A stretch of 50,519 bases of DNA from an uncultured Gammaproteobacteria bacterium (GTDB lineage: Bacteria > Pseudomonadota > Gammaproteobacteria > Pseudomonadales > Pseudohongiellaceae). Where the stretch lies: assembly GCA_903876785.1 (NCBI GenBank), contig CAIRBI010000170.1, forward strand, positions 1 to 50,519, written 5' to 3'. This document shows, piece after piece, positions 8,644-20,239 of the stretch (positions are counted from its first letter, which is position 1; each line of letters starts with the position of its first letter). The notes under the pieces were generated by a model. It did not search any database. It saw only the letters and a program-made list of their open reading frames with translations, and had not been told where the DNA came from. The position numbers and the translations under genes were made by a program.

Positions 8644-8759
8644 AAATTAACTATGCCTAATCGGAAAAAGTATTTTCCCTGCCGCCCCCAACCTCTTTAT
8701 AATCGCCCCAACTTCAAATTACCCACCCCGCCCCGCGGGCCCATAAAGCTGGAGAAATC

Positions 8760-9092
8760 ATGACATTTGTTGTTGGCGAAAACTGCATACGCTGCAAGCA
8801 CACTGACTGTGTGGAAGTATGCCCCGTTGATTGTTTCTATGAAGGTCCGAATTTCCTGGTCATCCACCCCGACGAATGCATCGACTGCGCCCTGTGTGAG
8901 CCAGAATGCCCAGTCGACGCAATTTATGCCGAGGATGAGTTACCCGAAGACCAGCAGCAATTCTTGGCGCTCAACGCCGAACTGGCACAGAAGTGGGCAA
9001 ACATCACCGAGATGAAACCCGCAATGGAAGACGCGGAGAAATGGAAGGGTGTGCCGGGCAAGCTCCAGTATCTGATCAAGGACGCTGGCTGA
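8760..9092 (+). CDS. fdxA: 7Fe ferredoxin (Azotobacter-type ferredoxin I).
   Basis: [18 protein letters not shown] and [16 protein letters not shown] are cluster motifs. The product is about 107 aa, the position between mutS and rpoS matches Pseudomonas, and a GGAGA Shine-Dalgarno sits at 8751. Confidence 0.95.
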   Translation: MTFVVGENCIRCKHTDCVEVCPVDCFYEGPNFLVIHPDECIDCALCEPECPVDAIYAEDELPEDQQQFLALNAELAQKWANITEMKPAMEDAEKWKGVPGKLQYLIKDAG

Positions 9093-9105
9093 TCTATCGG
9101 TCTGC

Positions 9106-9138
9106 AAAAAGGCTCCGGCAGCAAACGCCGGAGCTTTC
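9106..9138. terminator. Bidirectional intrinsic terminator between the convergent fdxA and rpoS genes.
   Basis: Stem gctccggc (9112-9119) pairs with gccggagc (9127-9134) across a 7-nt loop. It is flanked by aaaaa upstream and ttt downstream, giving a U-run on both transcripts (stronger for rpoS). Confidence 0.7.
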
Positions 9139-9167
9139 GCAAACAACGACTGCAATACAGATCAGGG

Positions 9168-10133
9168 CTACCAGCAATCTTTCGTAAACCCGTGCTCCCT
9201 GGCAATTTCCCGCAACTTCACCAGCGCCTCCAGCTGAATCTGTCGAACTCGCTCGCGGGTCAGACCAATTTCCTGCCCGACCTCCTCCAGTGTCCGGCAT
9301 TCATACCCCAGGAAACCAAAGCGCCGGGCAATAACATCGATGTGCTTTTCGCTGAGCATATTCAGCCACCCGCCAACCGTCTCACGCACGCCGTCATCAT
9401 GCAGAATCTCCATAGGAGCGCAGTCGGGAGTATCGGGCACCTGTTCCAGAATGCCTGACTCCTGTCCCGGGGTCTGGGGGTCCGACGTCGCGAGGCGTTC
9501 GTTGTAAGACAGCAGACGATTGACGTCATCCACCGGCTTGCACAGCAGTTTGGAAAGTTGTTCCACGCTGGGATCCTGATCGTGAATACGGGAAAATTCC
9601 CGAACCGTCTTCAGGTAAATATTCAGCTCTTTGAGGACATGAATTGGCAGTCGGATCACCCGCGCCTGATTCATGATGGCGCGCTCGATGGTCTGCCGGA
9701 TCCACCACGTCGCGTAAGTGGAGAAGCGAAAGCCGAGTTCAGGATCATACTTCTCGACGGCCCGCAGCAGCCCCAGATTCCCTTCCTGCACGAGGTCCAG
9801 AAAGCCCAGCCCGCGATTGACGTAGCGACGTGCAATTTTAACCACCAGACGCAGATTGTTGACGACCATAAGCCGTCGCCCCTCCGTGTCGCCTGCTCGT
9901 GCTCTGCGAGAATACTCGACCTCTTCGTCCGCGCTGAGCAACTGCGAAGAGCCGATGTCATTGAGATAGAGCCGCGTCATATCCGGCATCTGTCGGCACA
10001 CGGAAGAGCTGAGAAGCGAACCCGGACAGCGTGGCGGATCATCCGCCAAATTACTTTCTGCAACTTCGTTGAAAATTTCTACAGCATTATTACCTGGTAC
10101 TTCTTCCTCGGTTCTTACCGCTTCATCATCCAT
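9168..10133 (-). CDS. rpoS: Stationary-phase sigma factor RpoS (sigma-38).
   Basis: TRLYLNDIG, region 2 DLVQEGNLGLLRAVEKYDPELGFRFSTYATWWIRQTIERAI, and region 4 TLEEVGQEIGLTRERVRQIQLEAL. Located downstream of nlpD. AAGGAAA Shine-Dalgarno. Confidence 0.97.
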   Translation of the reverse strand: MDDEAVRTEEEVPGNNAVEIFNEVAESNLADDPPRCPGSLLSSSVCRQMPDMTRLYLNDIGSSQLLSADEEVEYSRRARAGDTEGRRLMVVNNLRLVVKIARRYVNRGLGFLDLVQEGNLGLLRAVEKYDPELGFRFSTYATWWIRQTIERAIMNQARVIRLPIHVLKELNIYLKTVREFSRIHDQDPSVEQLSKLLCKPVDDVNRLLSYNERLATSDPQTPGQESGILEQVPDTPDCAPMEILHDDGVRETVGGWLNMLSEKHIDVIARRFGFLGYECRTLEEVGQEIGLTRERVRQIQLEALVKLREIAREHGFTKDCW

Positions 10134-10359
10134 GATGGTTTCCTTGTGTTAAGCAATCGCAAGTGCTTGATACTATTCGCAGTACGAGCCTCATTACTGT
10201 CCATAATACTGCCCCTATTGTAATTTTCATTCTTGGCGTACCTGCCTACATCCGGTGAACAGGCCGCTTGAATCTACCATTCCATTATTGGCGAGACAAC
10301 AGAAAAACCCGGGGGAATGACGGTTTGTGGAATTATGAGATGAGTTGAGAAAATAGAGC

Positions 10360-10392
10360 GACGCACGCCACATGCAAGCATGGCCGTGCGTC
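10360..10392 (-). terminator. GC-rich stem-loop in the nlpD-rpoS spacer. It could be the nlpD terminator/attenuator or a structural element of the rpoS leader.
   Basis: gacgcacg (10360-10367) pairs with cgtgcgtc (10385-10392), with 3 further pairs after a 1-nt bulge. On the minus strand it is followed by GCUCUAUUUUCU. Confidence 0.45.
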
Positions 10393-10441
10393 TGGAAAAG
10401 CAAACTTCAGGAGTCAGCAGAGTGCGGTCAAAAACACAGAG

Positions 10442-11617
10442 TCAGCGTGAAGGCAGATAGCCTGCCGGATCGACAGGTGCGCCGTCCACGCGCACTTCGA
10501 AATGCAATAGCTCAGCACCACTACTGTCAGTGCCAACCTCGGCAATCTTGTCGCCAGCCCGGATCCGCGCCCCGGAACTGACCAGCATGCTGCTGTTGTG
10601 AGAGTACGCGCTGAGGTGACGCGCACTGTGACGAATGATGATCAGATCACCCTGCCCCTGGATGCCACGCCCCGAGTAGACCACGTCGCCATCGGCAGCG
10701 GCATAGACGGGATCACCTCGGCGCGCACCGATATCGATGCCACGGCTGGTGGTGGCAGCACTGCCGCTGAAGGTTCGCAGCACGCGTCCCTCCACTGGCC
10801 ATTGCCAGGCGATGTCTTCGATGACACGACTCGGCACGTTGCCAGTCCGGCGAGTGGCCTCTGCTGCCGCCGGACGCTGTCCGCTGGCCACGGCCGCTGC
10901 GCCAGCCGGAGCAGCCTGAATAGCGGGCACACTCTGCAGCGCATTGCTGGAGACACTGCCGATATTCAGTGATAGGCGCTGATCCGGATAGATGGTGTAA
11001 GGAGCCTGCAGGTTATTGGCCAGCGCCAGTGCACGGTAGTCGAGCGAATATTGCCAGGCGATCGAATAGAGCGTTTCTCCACGGGCAACGATGTGACTCT
11101 GACCGACCAGCGCAGCGGGAGCTTGCGTGGCCGCAACAGTCACAGAAGCACTCGCAGAAGCAGTTGCAGGAGCGGTCGCAGTCGCCGGTTCCGGTGGAGT
11201 GACTGGCGCACTGCCGCCCAGCGGCTGGCGGGCAATCGAGGTGCGACGAATACCACCCGGATCATTCGCGACGTTGACGTTCACTCCATCCGCAGGTTGC
11301 ACCCGCACCCCGGCCGCAATCGCGCGGGCCGGAGCTGCCGTGGCGCCTGCAGCTGAACCACTGCTGCCTGCACTGGCAGAGCTGCCGGATGAGGACACTG
11401 GCGCACTGGCCGCCACACCACCGATCGCCGAAGGACCGGTCGTTGAATAGATCGCAGGCGGCGCCCGGTCCAGGACTGCGCTTTGATCGTCCAGCGGCGC
11501 CTGATAGCGCCCGCCACACGCTTGCAGAGTGAAAGCCAATCCCGCGAGCACCACCGCACGCACGCGCCAGTCGGCAGTCGCTGCCGAGACCCAATTCGTT
11601 ATTCGATTACCGCTCAT
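10442..11617 (-). CDS. nlpD: LysM / M23-peptidase lipoprotein NlpD (amidase activator).
   Basis: Lipobox LAFTLQAC. LysM region HIVARGETLYSIAWQYSLDYRALALANNL. The C-terminal M23 domain reads GIDIGARRGDPVYAAADGDVVYSG...IIIRHSARHLSAYSHNS. The start at ATG 11617 is preferred because of the GGGAAGGG Shine-Dalgarno; the ORF itself extends to GTG 11635. Confidence 0.9.
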   Translation of the reverse strand: MSGNRITNWVSAATADWRVRAVVLAGLAFTLQACGGRYQAPLDDQSAVLDRAPPAIYSTTGPSAIGGVAASAPVSSSGSSASAGSSGSAAGATAAPARAIAAGVRVQPADGVNVNVANDPGGIRRTSIARQPLGGSAPVTPPEPATATAPATASASASVTVAATQAPAALVGQSHIVARGETLYSIAWQYSLDYRALALANNLQAPYTIYPDQRLSLNIGSVSSNALQSVPAIQAAPAGAAAVASGQRPAAAEATRRTGNVPSRVIEDIAWQWPVEGRVLRTFSGSAATTSRGIDIGARRGDPVYAAADGDVVYSGRGIQGQGDLIIIRHSARHLSAYSHNSSMLVSSGARIRAGDKIAEVGTDSSGAELLHFEVRVDGAPVDPAGYLPSR

Positions 11618-11637
11618 CAAAACCCTTCCCATCACAG

Positions 11638-12549
11638 TTACAGTGCCCTGTTGGTGATTCTTTCAAAAATTGCCACGACAGCATAGCCCACTACCACCAG
11701 CAGCAGAACGGTCAGCACTTGCGCGGGCTGTCCGGTTGCCGCCTCGAAACCCGCAGGAGACAGGAAATTGATCTCGCCCTCCGCCGTCTGCTTCCACGGC
11801 CACAACACCAGCACGGACGCCGCCAGCATGCCGGTCAGGAACGCATAAGTCTGCTGCCGGTAATTGAAGAAGGTCCAGGACAGCAGATGCGAGAAGCTCA
11901 GCAGACCGATGGCGCAACCACTGGCAAATACCAGAATCACCGGAAAATTGAGCGCCCGCAGCGCAGCCAGGACATAGTCGTAGGCACCCAGCAGAATCAG
12001 CACGAAGGCGCCAGAGATTCCGGGCAATATCATGGCGCAGATCGCCACCATGCCGCAGATAAACAGATAGACCAGATTGGTGTCACCCGCCATGGGGTTG
12101 GCAAGGGAGACGATCAATGCCACCGCAGCACCCAACAGGGCCATGCCGATTTCGACCCGGCCCCAATGCAGCACCTGGCGCTGCAGAAACCAGGTAGAGG
12201 CAAATACCAGTCCGGCAAAGAACGCCATCATAAGCGGGTATTGTGTGTCCAGCAGATACAGCACTGTGCTGGCGCTCAGGTAGAGACTGGTGATGATGCC
12301 AAGCAGCAGTGTCAGCAGAAAACCGCCGTTGATATTGCGCCAGAACTGCAGCGGACCCCCGCCCCAGCGAGTATGCAGGACGAAGGGATTCAAGCCTTTC
12401 AACGAGTTCACCAGCTCCTCGTAGATGCCCACCATGACGGCGATGGTGCCGCCGGACACACCCGGAACCGAATCGGCAACGCCCATGGCCAAACCCTTGG
12501 CATACAGCACCAGCCTGCCTTTCAGTGTCGCCTCAGACTTGTCCTGCAT
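11638..12549 (-). CDS. DUF368 family integral membrane protein (PopT-like polyprenyl-phosphate transporter family).
   Basis: KGLAMGVADSVPGVSGGTIAVMVGIYEEL and a second half-repeat MILPGISGAFVLILLGAYD are the DUF368 signature. About 8 TM segments. The start was trimmed to MQDKSE (12549) because the track ORF runs through a REP element. Confidence 0.85.
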   Translation of the reverse strand: MQDKSEATLKGRLVLYAKGLAMGVADSVPGVSGGTIAVMVGIYEELVNSLKGLNPFVLHTRWGGGPLQFWRNINGGFLLTLLLGIITSLYLSASTVLYLLDTQYPLMMAFFAGLVFASTWFLQRQVLHWGRVEIGMALLGAAVALIVSLANPMAGDTNLVYLFICGMVAICAMILPGISGAFVLILLGAYDYVLAALRALNFPVILVFASGCAIGLLSFSHLLSWTFFNYRQQTYAFLTGMLAASVLVLWPWKQTAEGEINFLSPAGFEAATGQPAQVLTVLLLVVVGYAVVAIFERITNRAL

Positions 12550-12591
12550 ATCGCTCCTGAATGTTTCGTTTTTATCGGTTTTGAATCTGAC

Positions 12592-12631
12592 GCAATCGCG
12601 GGCGGGCCCGCTCCCACATGATTCGTTTCGC
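12592..12631. repeat. Single REP element between pcm and the DUF368 gene.
   Basis: gcaatcgcgggcgggcccgctcccacatgattcg matches the reverse complement of 5565-5590 at 25 of 27 positions. Confidence 0.6.
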
Positions 12632-13318
12632 TTAGTTTTGTATCTGACCGACCAACAGCGGTACAAATCGAACCGTTGCCACAATCTCGGTATTGAAATC
12701 GTCACCAGTGCGCGTGATCAGCCGCAACTCCTGCACGTCATCGCCCCCTACCGGGATGATCAGGCGTCCGTTCTCGGCGAGCTGTGCCAGCAACTCATGG
12801 GGAACATGCTGCGGTGCTGCGGCGGCGATGATCGCGTCGAAGGGCCCTTTCTCTTTCCAGCCCAGACTGCCATCGTCATGTTTGAACTGCACGTTGCTCA
12901 ACCCCAGAAGACGGATGTTCTTGCGCGCCTTCTCCAGCAGCGGTTTGATGCGCTCCACCGAGTAGACCTTGCGGGCCAGCGGCGCGATGATCGCCGTCTG
13001 ATAACCACAGCCGGTGCCAACCTCCAGCACATTGCCAAGCTTGCCGTGCTCCAGCGCCGGGTGATTCTTCAACACCGCCTCGGTCATCTTGGCGACGATA
13101 TAGGGCTGGGAGATCGTCTGGTTGTAGCCAATCGGCAATGACACATCCTCGTAGGCTTTGTGCGCCAGCGCCTCTTCCAGAAAGATATGGCGCGGAGTGC
13201 TGCGCATCACGTCAAGCACCGACCAATCGTCGATGCCCTGTTCGATCAGCCGACCAATCAGGCGCTCACGCGTACGCTGCGATGTCATGCCGATGCCGGC
13301 CAGATTTACGTTGCTCAC
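12632..13318 (-). CDS. pcm: Protein-L-isoaspartate O-methyltransferase.
   Basis: MTSQRTRERLIGRL, LPIGYNQTISQPYIVAKMTE, and the SAM motif VLEVGTGCGYQTA. The start is either GTG 13318 or ATG 13288; the latter matches the Pseudomonas N-terminus. Confidence 0.95.
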   Translation of the reverse strand: MSNVNLAGIGMTSQRTRERLIGRLIEQGIDDWSVLDVMRSTPRHIFLEEALAHKAYEDVSLPIGYNQTISQPYIVAKMTEAVLKNHPALEHGKLGNVLEVGTGCGYQTAIIAPLARKVYSVERIKPLLEKARKNIRLLGLSNVQFKHDDGSLGWKEKGPFDAIIAAAAPQHVPHELLAQLAENGRLIIPVGGDDVQELRLITRTGDDFNTEIVATVRFVPLLVGQIQN

Positions 13319-13376
13319 TTGGTTACTCTCATGTACTCGTTTGCCAACACTCTTGAATTCTCTCTGCCCGGATCCA

Positions 13377-14408
13377 CTACGCGCGCAACACCAGTAGCTC
13401 GCGCAGTACCGACGTCGCGTAGGCCCCTGGCGGCAGACTGAAGTGCAATTCCAGATTCTGCTCTGGCAACCATGTCCACTGCAGCCCCTGCACCGGCAGG
13501 CGCAGACTGCGCCGGGCCTGCTCCAGACCTGCCGCTTCCAGACCCGTGCACAGATCGCGAAACTGCTCCACGCACGCCATCTCCAGATCTCTTGCCGCCG
13601 CGCCGCTGCGCAACACGCCTTTGCCCCACAGCGGCCCGGTCGGATGAATATCCATCGCGTCCAGCCGCGCCTGCAATTGCGTGTCCCCTTCTTGCGGCAC
13701 GAAAACGCTCTCCGTGCCCTGCAGATTCATGACATCGCCGTCCAGATACTGATCCCAGTTTCCGGCCAGCACGCGACGCGACAAGACCTCGTTTAAGACA
13801 CAGGATCTGGCCGCCGAGAGCAACATCCCGCGCTTGAAGCCCTTGGCCATGCGCAACTCACCGCTGAGCAGGCGCGCCGCCATCAGCACATTCTCGTTCT
13901 GTGTGCCGAAGCGTTGTTCCCCGAAGTAATTGGGAACGCCGCGCGCGGCAATTGCGTCCAGTCGCACCAACAAATCAGGCGCAATGTCGTTGGCGCCGCC
14001 ACTCACTTCGCGCAACCGGATGCGGAACAGATTCCCGCGATGACTGCCACGGCGAATCTTTCTGCTGTTGCGCAGCGTCTGCAGTATCTCCATGCCCGCT
14101 TCGGCAAAACCATTGAAGTCGGGCACCCGTTCGGAGGGCAGGTAGATGCTGAACCACTGCACGCAAACGCCTTGCCTGTCTTTCAAACCGGCATAACCGA
14201 TGTCCTGCTCGCGCACGCCTGCGGCACGGGCAAGAGCACGGACCACCTGCGGCGTAGCCACACCCGTCTTGCGGATCTGCACACACAGGTGTTCACCCGA
14301 ACCACTCAATTCAAAACCGAGATCCTCGTCGACGCAAAAGTCATCGACCTCACGCTTGAAGACTGCCGAGTGCTCCGGCGCTCCAAAGGCAAACGCCAGC
14401 AGAGTCAT
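13377..14408 (-). CDS. truD: tRNA pseudouridine(13) synthase TruD.
   Basis: DDFCVDEDLGFELSGSGEHLCVQI, GYAGLKDRQGV and GVPNYFGEQRFG. The start was trimmed to MTLLAFAFG by alignment to E. coli TruD; the ORF extends to GTG 14483. Confidence 0.92.
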   Translation of the reverse strand: MTLLAFAFGAPEHSAVFKREVDDFCVDEDLGFELSGSGEHLCVQIRKTGVATPQVVRALARAAGVREQDIGYAGLKDRQGVCVQWFSIYLPSERVPDFNGFAEAGMEILQTLRNSRKIRRGSHRGNLFRIRLREVSGGANDIAPDLLVRLDAIAARGVPNYFGEQRFGTQNENVLMAARLLSGELRMAKGFKRGMLLSAARSCVLNEVLSRRVLAGNWDQYLDGDVMNLQGTESVFVPQEGDTQLQARLDAMDIHPTGPLWGKGVLRSGAAARDLEMACVEQFRDLCTGLEAAGLEQARRSLRLPVQGLQWTWLPEQNLELHFSLPPGAYATSVLRELLVLRA

Positions 14409-14472
14409 GGCTTCTCGTGACGAGTTCGCAACGGAAAAGCCAGCCGCTGAAGCTCCGGCCATTGACGAACGG

Positions 14473-14973
14473 TCACTCGTCACGGTAGATCAACACCACT
14501 GCGTAGGTCTCCAGCCCTTCGCGGCGCCCGACGAAACCCATACCCTCTGTTGTCGACGCCTTGACGTTGACCTGCTCCGGCAATATCTCCATAAGACCAG
14601 CCAGACGCTTGCACATCGCGACGATGTGCGGCGCCATGCGCGGGGCCTGTGCCAGAATAGTGATGTCGACGTTGCCGATCTTCCAGCCGTCGGTCTTCAT
14701 CAGGCCGCACACCCGTCGCAACAAGATGCCGCTGTCGATATTACTGAACGCCTGATCCGTATCCGGGAAATGTCGACCGATATCGCCCAGCCCGAGCGCG
14801 CCCAGAATGGCGTCACACAATGCATGGATGACCGCGTCACCGTCAGAGTGCGCGATCAGACTGCGATCGTGCGGCAGTTGCACACCTCCGAGTATCAGGG
14901 GTTTGTCGGGCAGCAGGCTGTCCGCGAAACGATGCGCGTCATAGCCATGGCCGGTCCTGATCCTGTTCCACAT
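14473..14973 (-). CDS. ispF: 2-C-methyl-D-erythritol 2,4-cyclodiphosphate synthase.
   Basis: RIRTGHGYDAHRF, HSDGDAVIHALCDAILGALGLGDIGRHFPDTD. The start at 14973 has an AGGAG Shine-Dalgarno 9 nt upstream. Confidence 0.95.
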   Translation of the reverse strand: MWNRIRTGHGYDAHRFADSLLPDKPLILGGVQLPHDRSLIAHSDGDAVIHALCDAILGALGLGDIGRHFPDTDQAFSNIDSGILLRRVCGLMKTDGWKIGNVDITILAQAPRMAPHIVAMCKRLAGLMEILPEQVNVKASTTEGMGFVGRREGLETYAVVLIYRDE

Positions 14974-14996
14974 AACGGTGACTCCTGCTTTCACGT

Positions 14997-15725
14997 CTAT
15001 CTTTCAACTACCTGTTCTTCAACGGGCTGTTCTTCCAGTCCTTGGGCCTCAAGGATCAGGCGCGCGAGCAGCAGATCCTCAGGGTACGTAATCTTGATGT
15101 TGTCGGCACGGCCCCGCACCAGTCGCGGGGCGAACCCGGCCAGCTCCAATGCGGAGGCCTCGTCGGTGACCAGTTCTCCTGCCGCAATCGCCTCCGTCAG
15201 TGCTGTATGCAGCAATTCATAACGAAAGACCTGTGGCGTTCCCGCCTGCCACAGATGCGTGCGATCAACGGTCGCGCTGACATTGCCATCCGGCCCCGCC
15301 TTCTTCAGCGTGCTGCTCACCGGCACCGCCAGCAGCCCCCCGATCGGATGAACTGCAACCTCTGCCAGCAGACGCTCGATGTCTTCAACACTGACGCAAG
15401 GTCTGACGGCGTCATGTACGAGCACCCAGTCGTCCACCTGAGCGTGCTCACGCAATGCGTTGAGTGCATTCAACACCGAGTGGCAGCGATCGGCACCGCC
15501 GATACAGGTCTGCAAGCGCGGCCCCGTCTGCAGGCCCAGCGTCTCCCAGCGCTCATCATGCGGATGCAGCGCCACCATGATGCGCTGAACGGCAGCCACT
15601 GCCCCCAGGCGCGCGATGGCATGAGCAAGCACGGCCTGCCCGTTGATCTGCAAATACTGCTTCGGCTCCTCTGTCTGCATGCGGGTACCCACGCCTGCCG
15701 CCGGAATAATTGCCCAGATCGCCAT
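14997..15725 (-). CDS. ispD: 2-C-methyl-D-erythritol 4-phosphate cytidylyltransferase.
   Basis: AIIPAAGVGTRMQTEEPKQYL, VLVHDAVRPC, and ADNIKITYPEDL. The ATG at 15725 is preferred over the upstream TTG. Confidence 0.95.
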   Translation of the reverse strand: MAIWAIIPAAGVGTRMQTEEPKQYLQINGQAVLAHAIARLGAVAAVQRIMVALHPHDERWETLGLQTGPRLQTCIGGADRCHSVLNALNALREHAQVDDWVLVHDAVRPCVSVEDIERLLAEVAVHPIGGLLAVPVSSTLKKAGPDGNVSATVDRTHLWQAGTPQVFRYELLHTALTEAIAAGELVTDEASALELAGFAPRLVRGRADNIKITYPEDLLLARLILEAQGLEEQPVEEQVVER

Positions 15726-15818
15726 ATCGCCCCGCCAGAATGCCAACTGCTTAAAGCCCAAACTCTGTAAAGACAAATGCCGGCATTCACCGGCATCTGC
15801 TTCGTTTCGAAAGTCTCT

Positions 15819-16094
15819 TCACTCGACGATGAGGAAGAGCGTCTCGCCATCCTTCACCATGCCGAACTCGCTGCGCGCTCGCTCTTCAACGGCATCGAGC
15901 CCCGTCTTCAGATCCAGCACCTCGTTCTCGAGCTCCAGATTGCGATCTGCCAGGACAACGTTTTCCTGCTTCTGCACCTCAACCTGCGATTCGAGACTGC
16001 GCAACTGGGAGAAGCTGCCCTCTCCCACCCACAAGTTAACCTGCAACATCACCAACACCACGACCAGCGCACCCAGGAGTACTTTCATAGTCAT
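15819..16094 (-). CDS. ftsB: Cell division protein FtsB.
   Basis: Single N-terminal TM segment followed by a coiled coil (QVEVQKQENVVLADRNLELENEVLDLK) and EERARSEFGMVKDGE. The position between eno and ispD is conserved. Confidence 0.9.
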   Translation of the reverse strand: MTMKVLLGALVVVLVMLQVNLWVGEGSFSQLRSLESQVEVQKQENVVLADRNLELENEVLDLKTGLDAVEERARSEFGMVKDGETLFLIVE

Positions 16095-16118
16095 TCCGTC
16101 TCGATTGATTGAGCAACG

Positions 16119-17444
<1,326 letters not shown>

Positions 17445-17489
17445 TCAGATTCAGTGGTTGCGTCTGCATTGATGTCGGTGTCGTCGTGT

Positions 17490-20059
<2,570 letters not shown>

Positions 20060-20239
20060 TCAGATTCGAATTATACAAACGGCACTTGTGAAAACACGTC
20101 AAAAAAGCATTTTAAACAAGCACCTACAGATGGGATTACAGACTACCAGAAGCCATCACTGACCACAACGCAAAAATCTGCGGGGGTTCGGTTGACAAGC
20201 GCGGAGGCACGCAATTTCAAGGCTCCGCTTGTGAGAAAT

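Larger units (their letters stand above)
8410..8680 (+). ncRNA. Candidate structured, GGA-rich small RNA or regulatory leader (possible Csr/Rsm-family sponge). Ends are not defined.
   Basis: Nine GGA triplets lie on the plus strand between 8421 and 8665. Two sit in hairpin loops (GGAAAA; CCAUGGAUGG) and one in the single-stranded ACAAGGAAG. The region also has a 31-bp stem (8487-8517 with 8573-8603) and a purine-rich 3 x 13-nt tandem repeat. No promoter or terminator could be pinned down. Confidence 0.3.

Noticed and set aside
9093-9167. The fdxA-rpoS spacer as the expected location of an rsmZ-like sRNA, as in Pseudomonas.
   Set aside because: It is only 75 nt long and is fully accounted for by one bidirectional terminator hairpin. 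It has no GGA-loop hairpins.
13319-13376. A possible surE pseudogene remnant between truD and pcm.
   Set aside because: The gap is only 58 nt (at most 88 nt with the later pcm start). It is too short to carry any recognisable SurE sequence.
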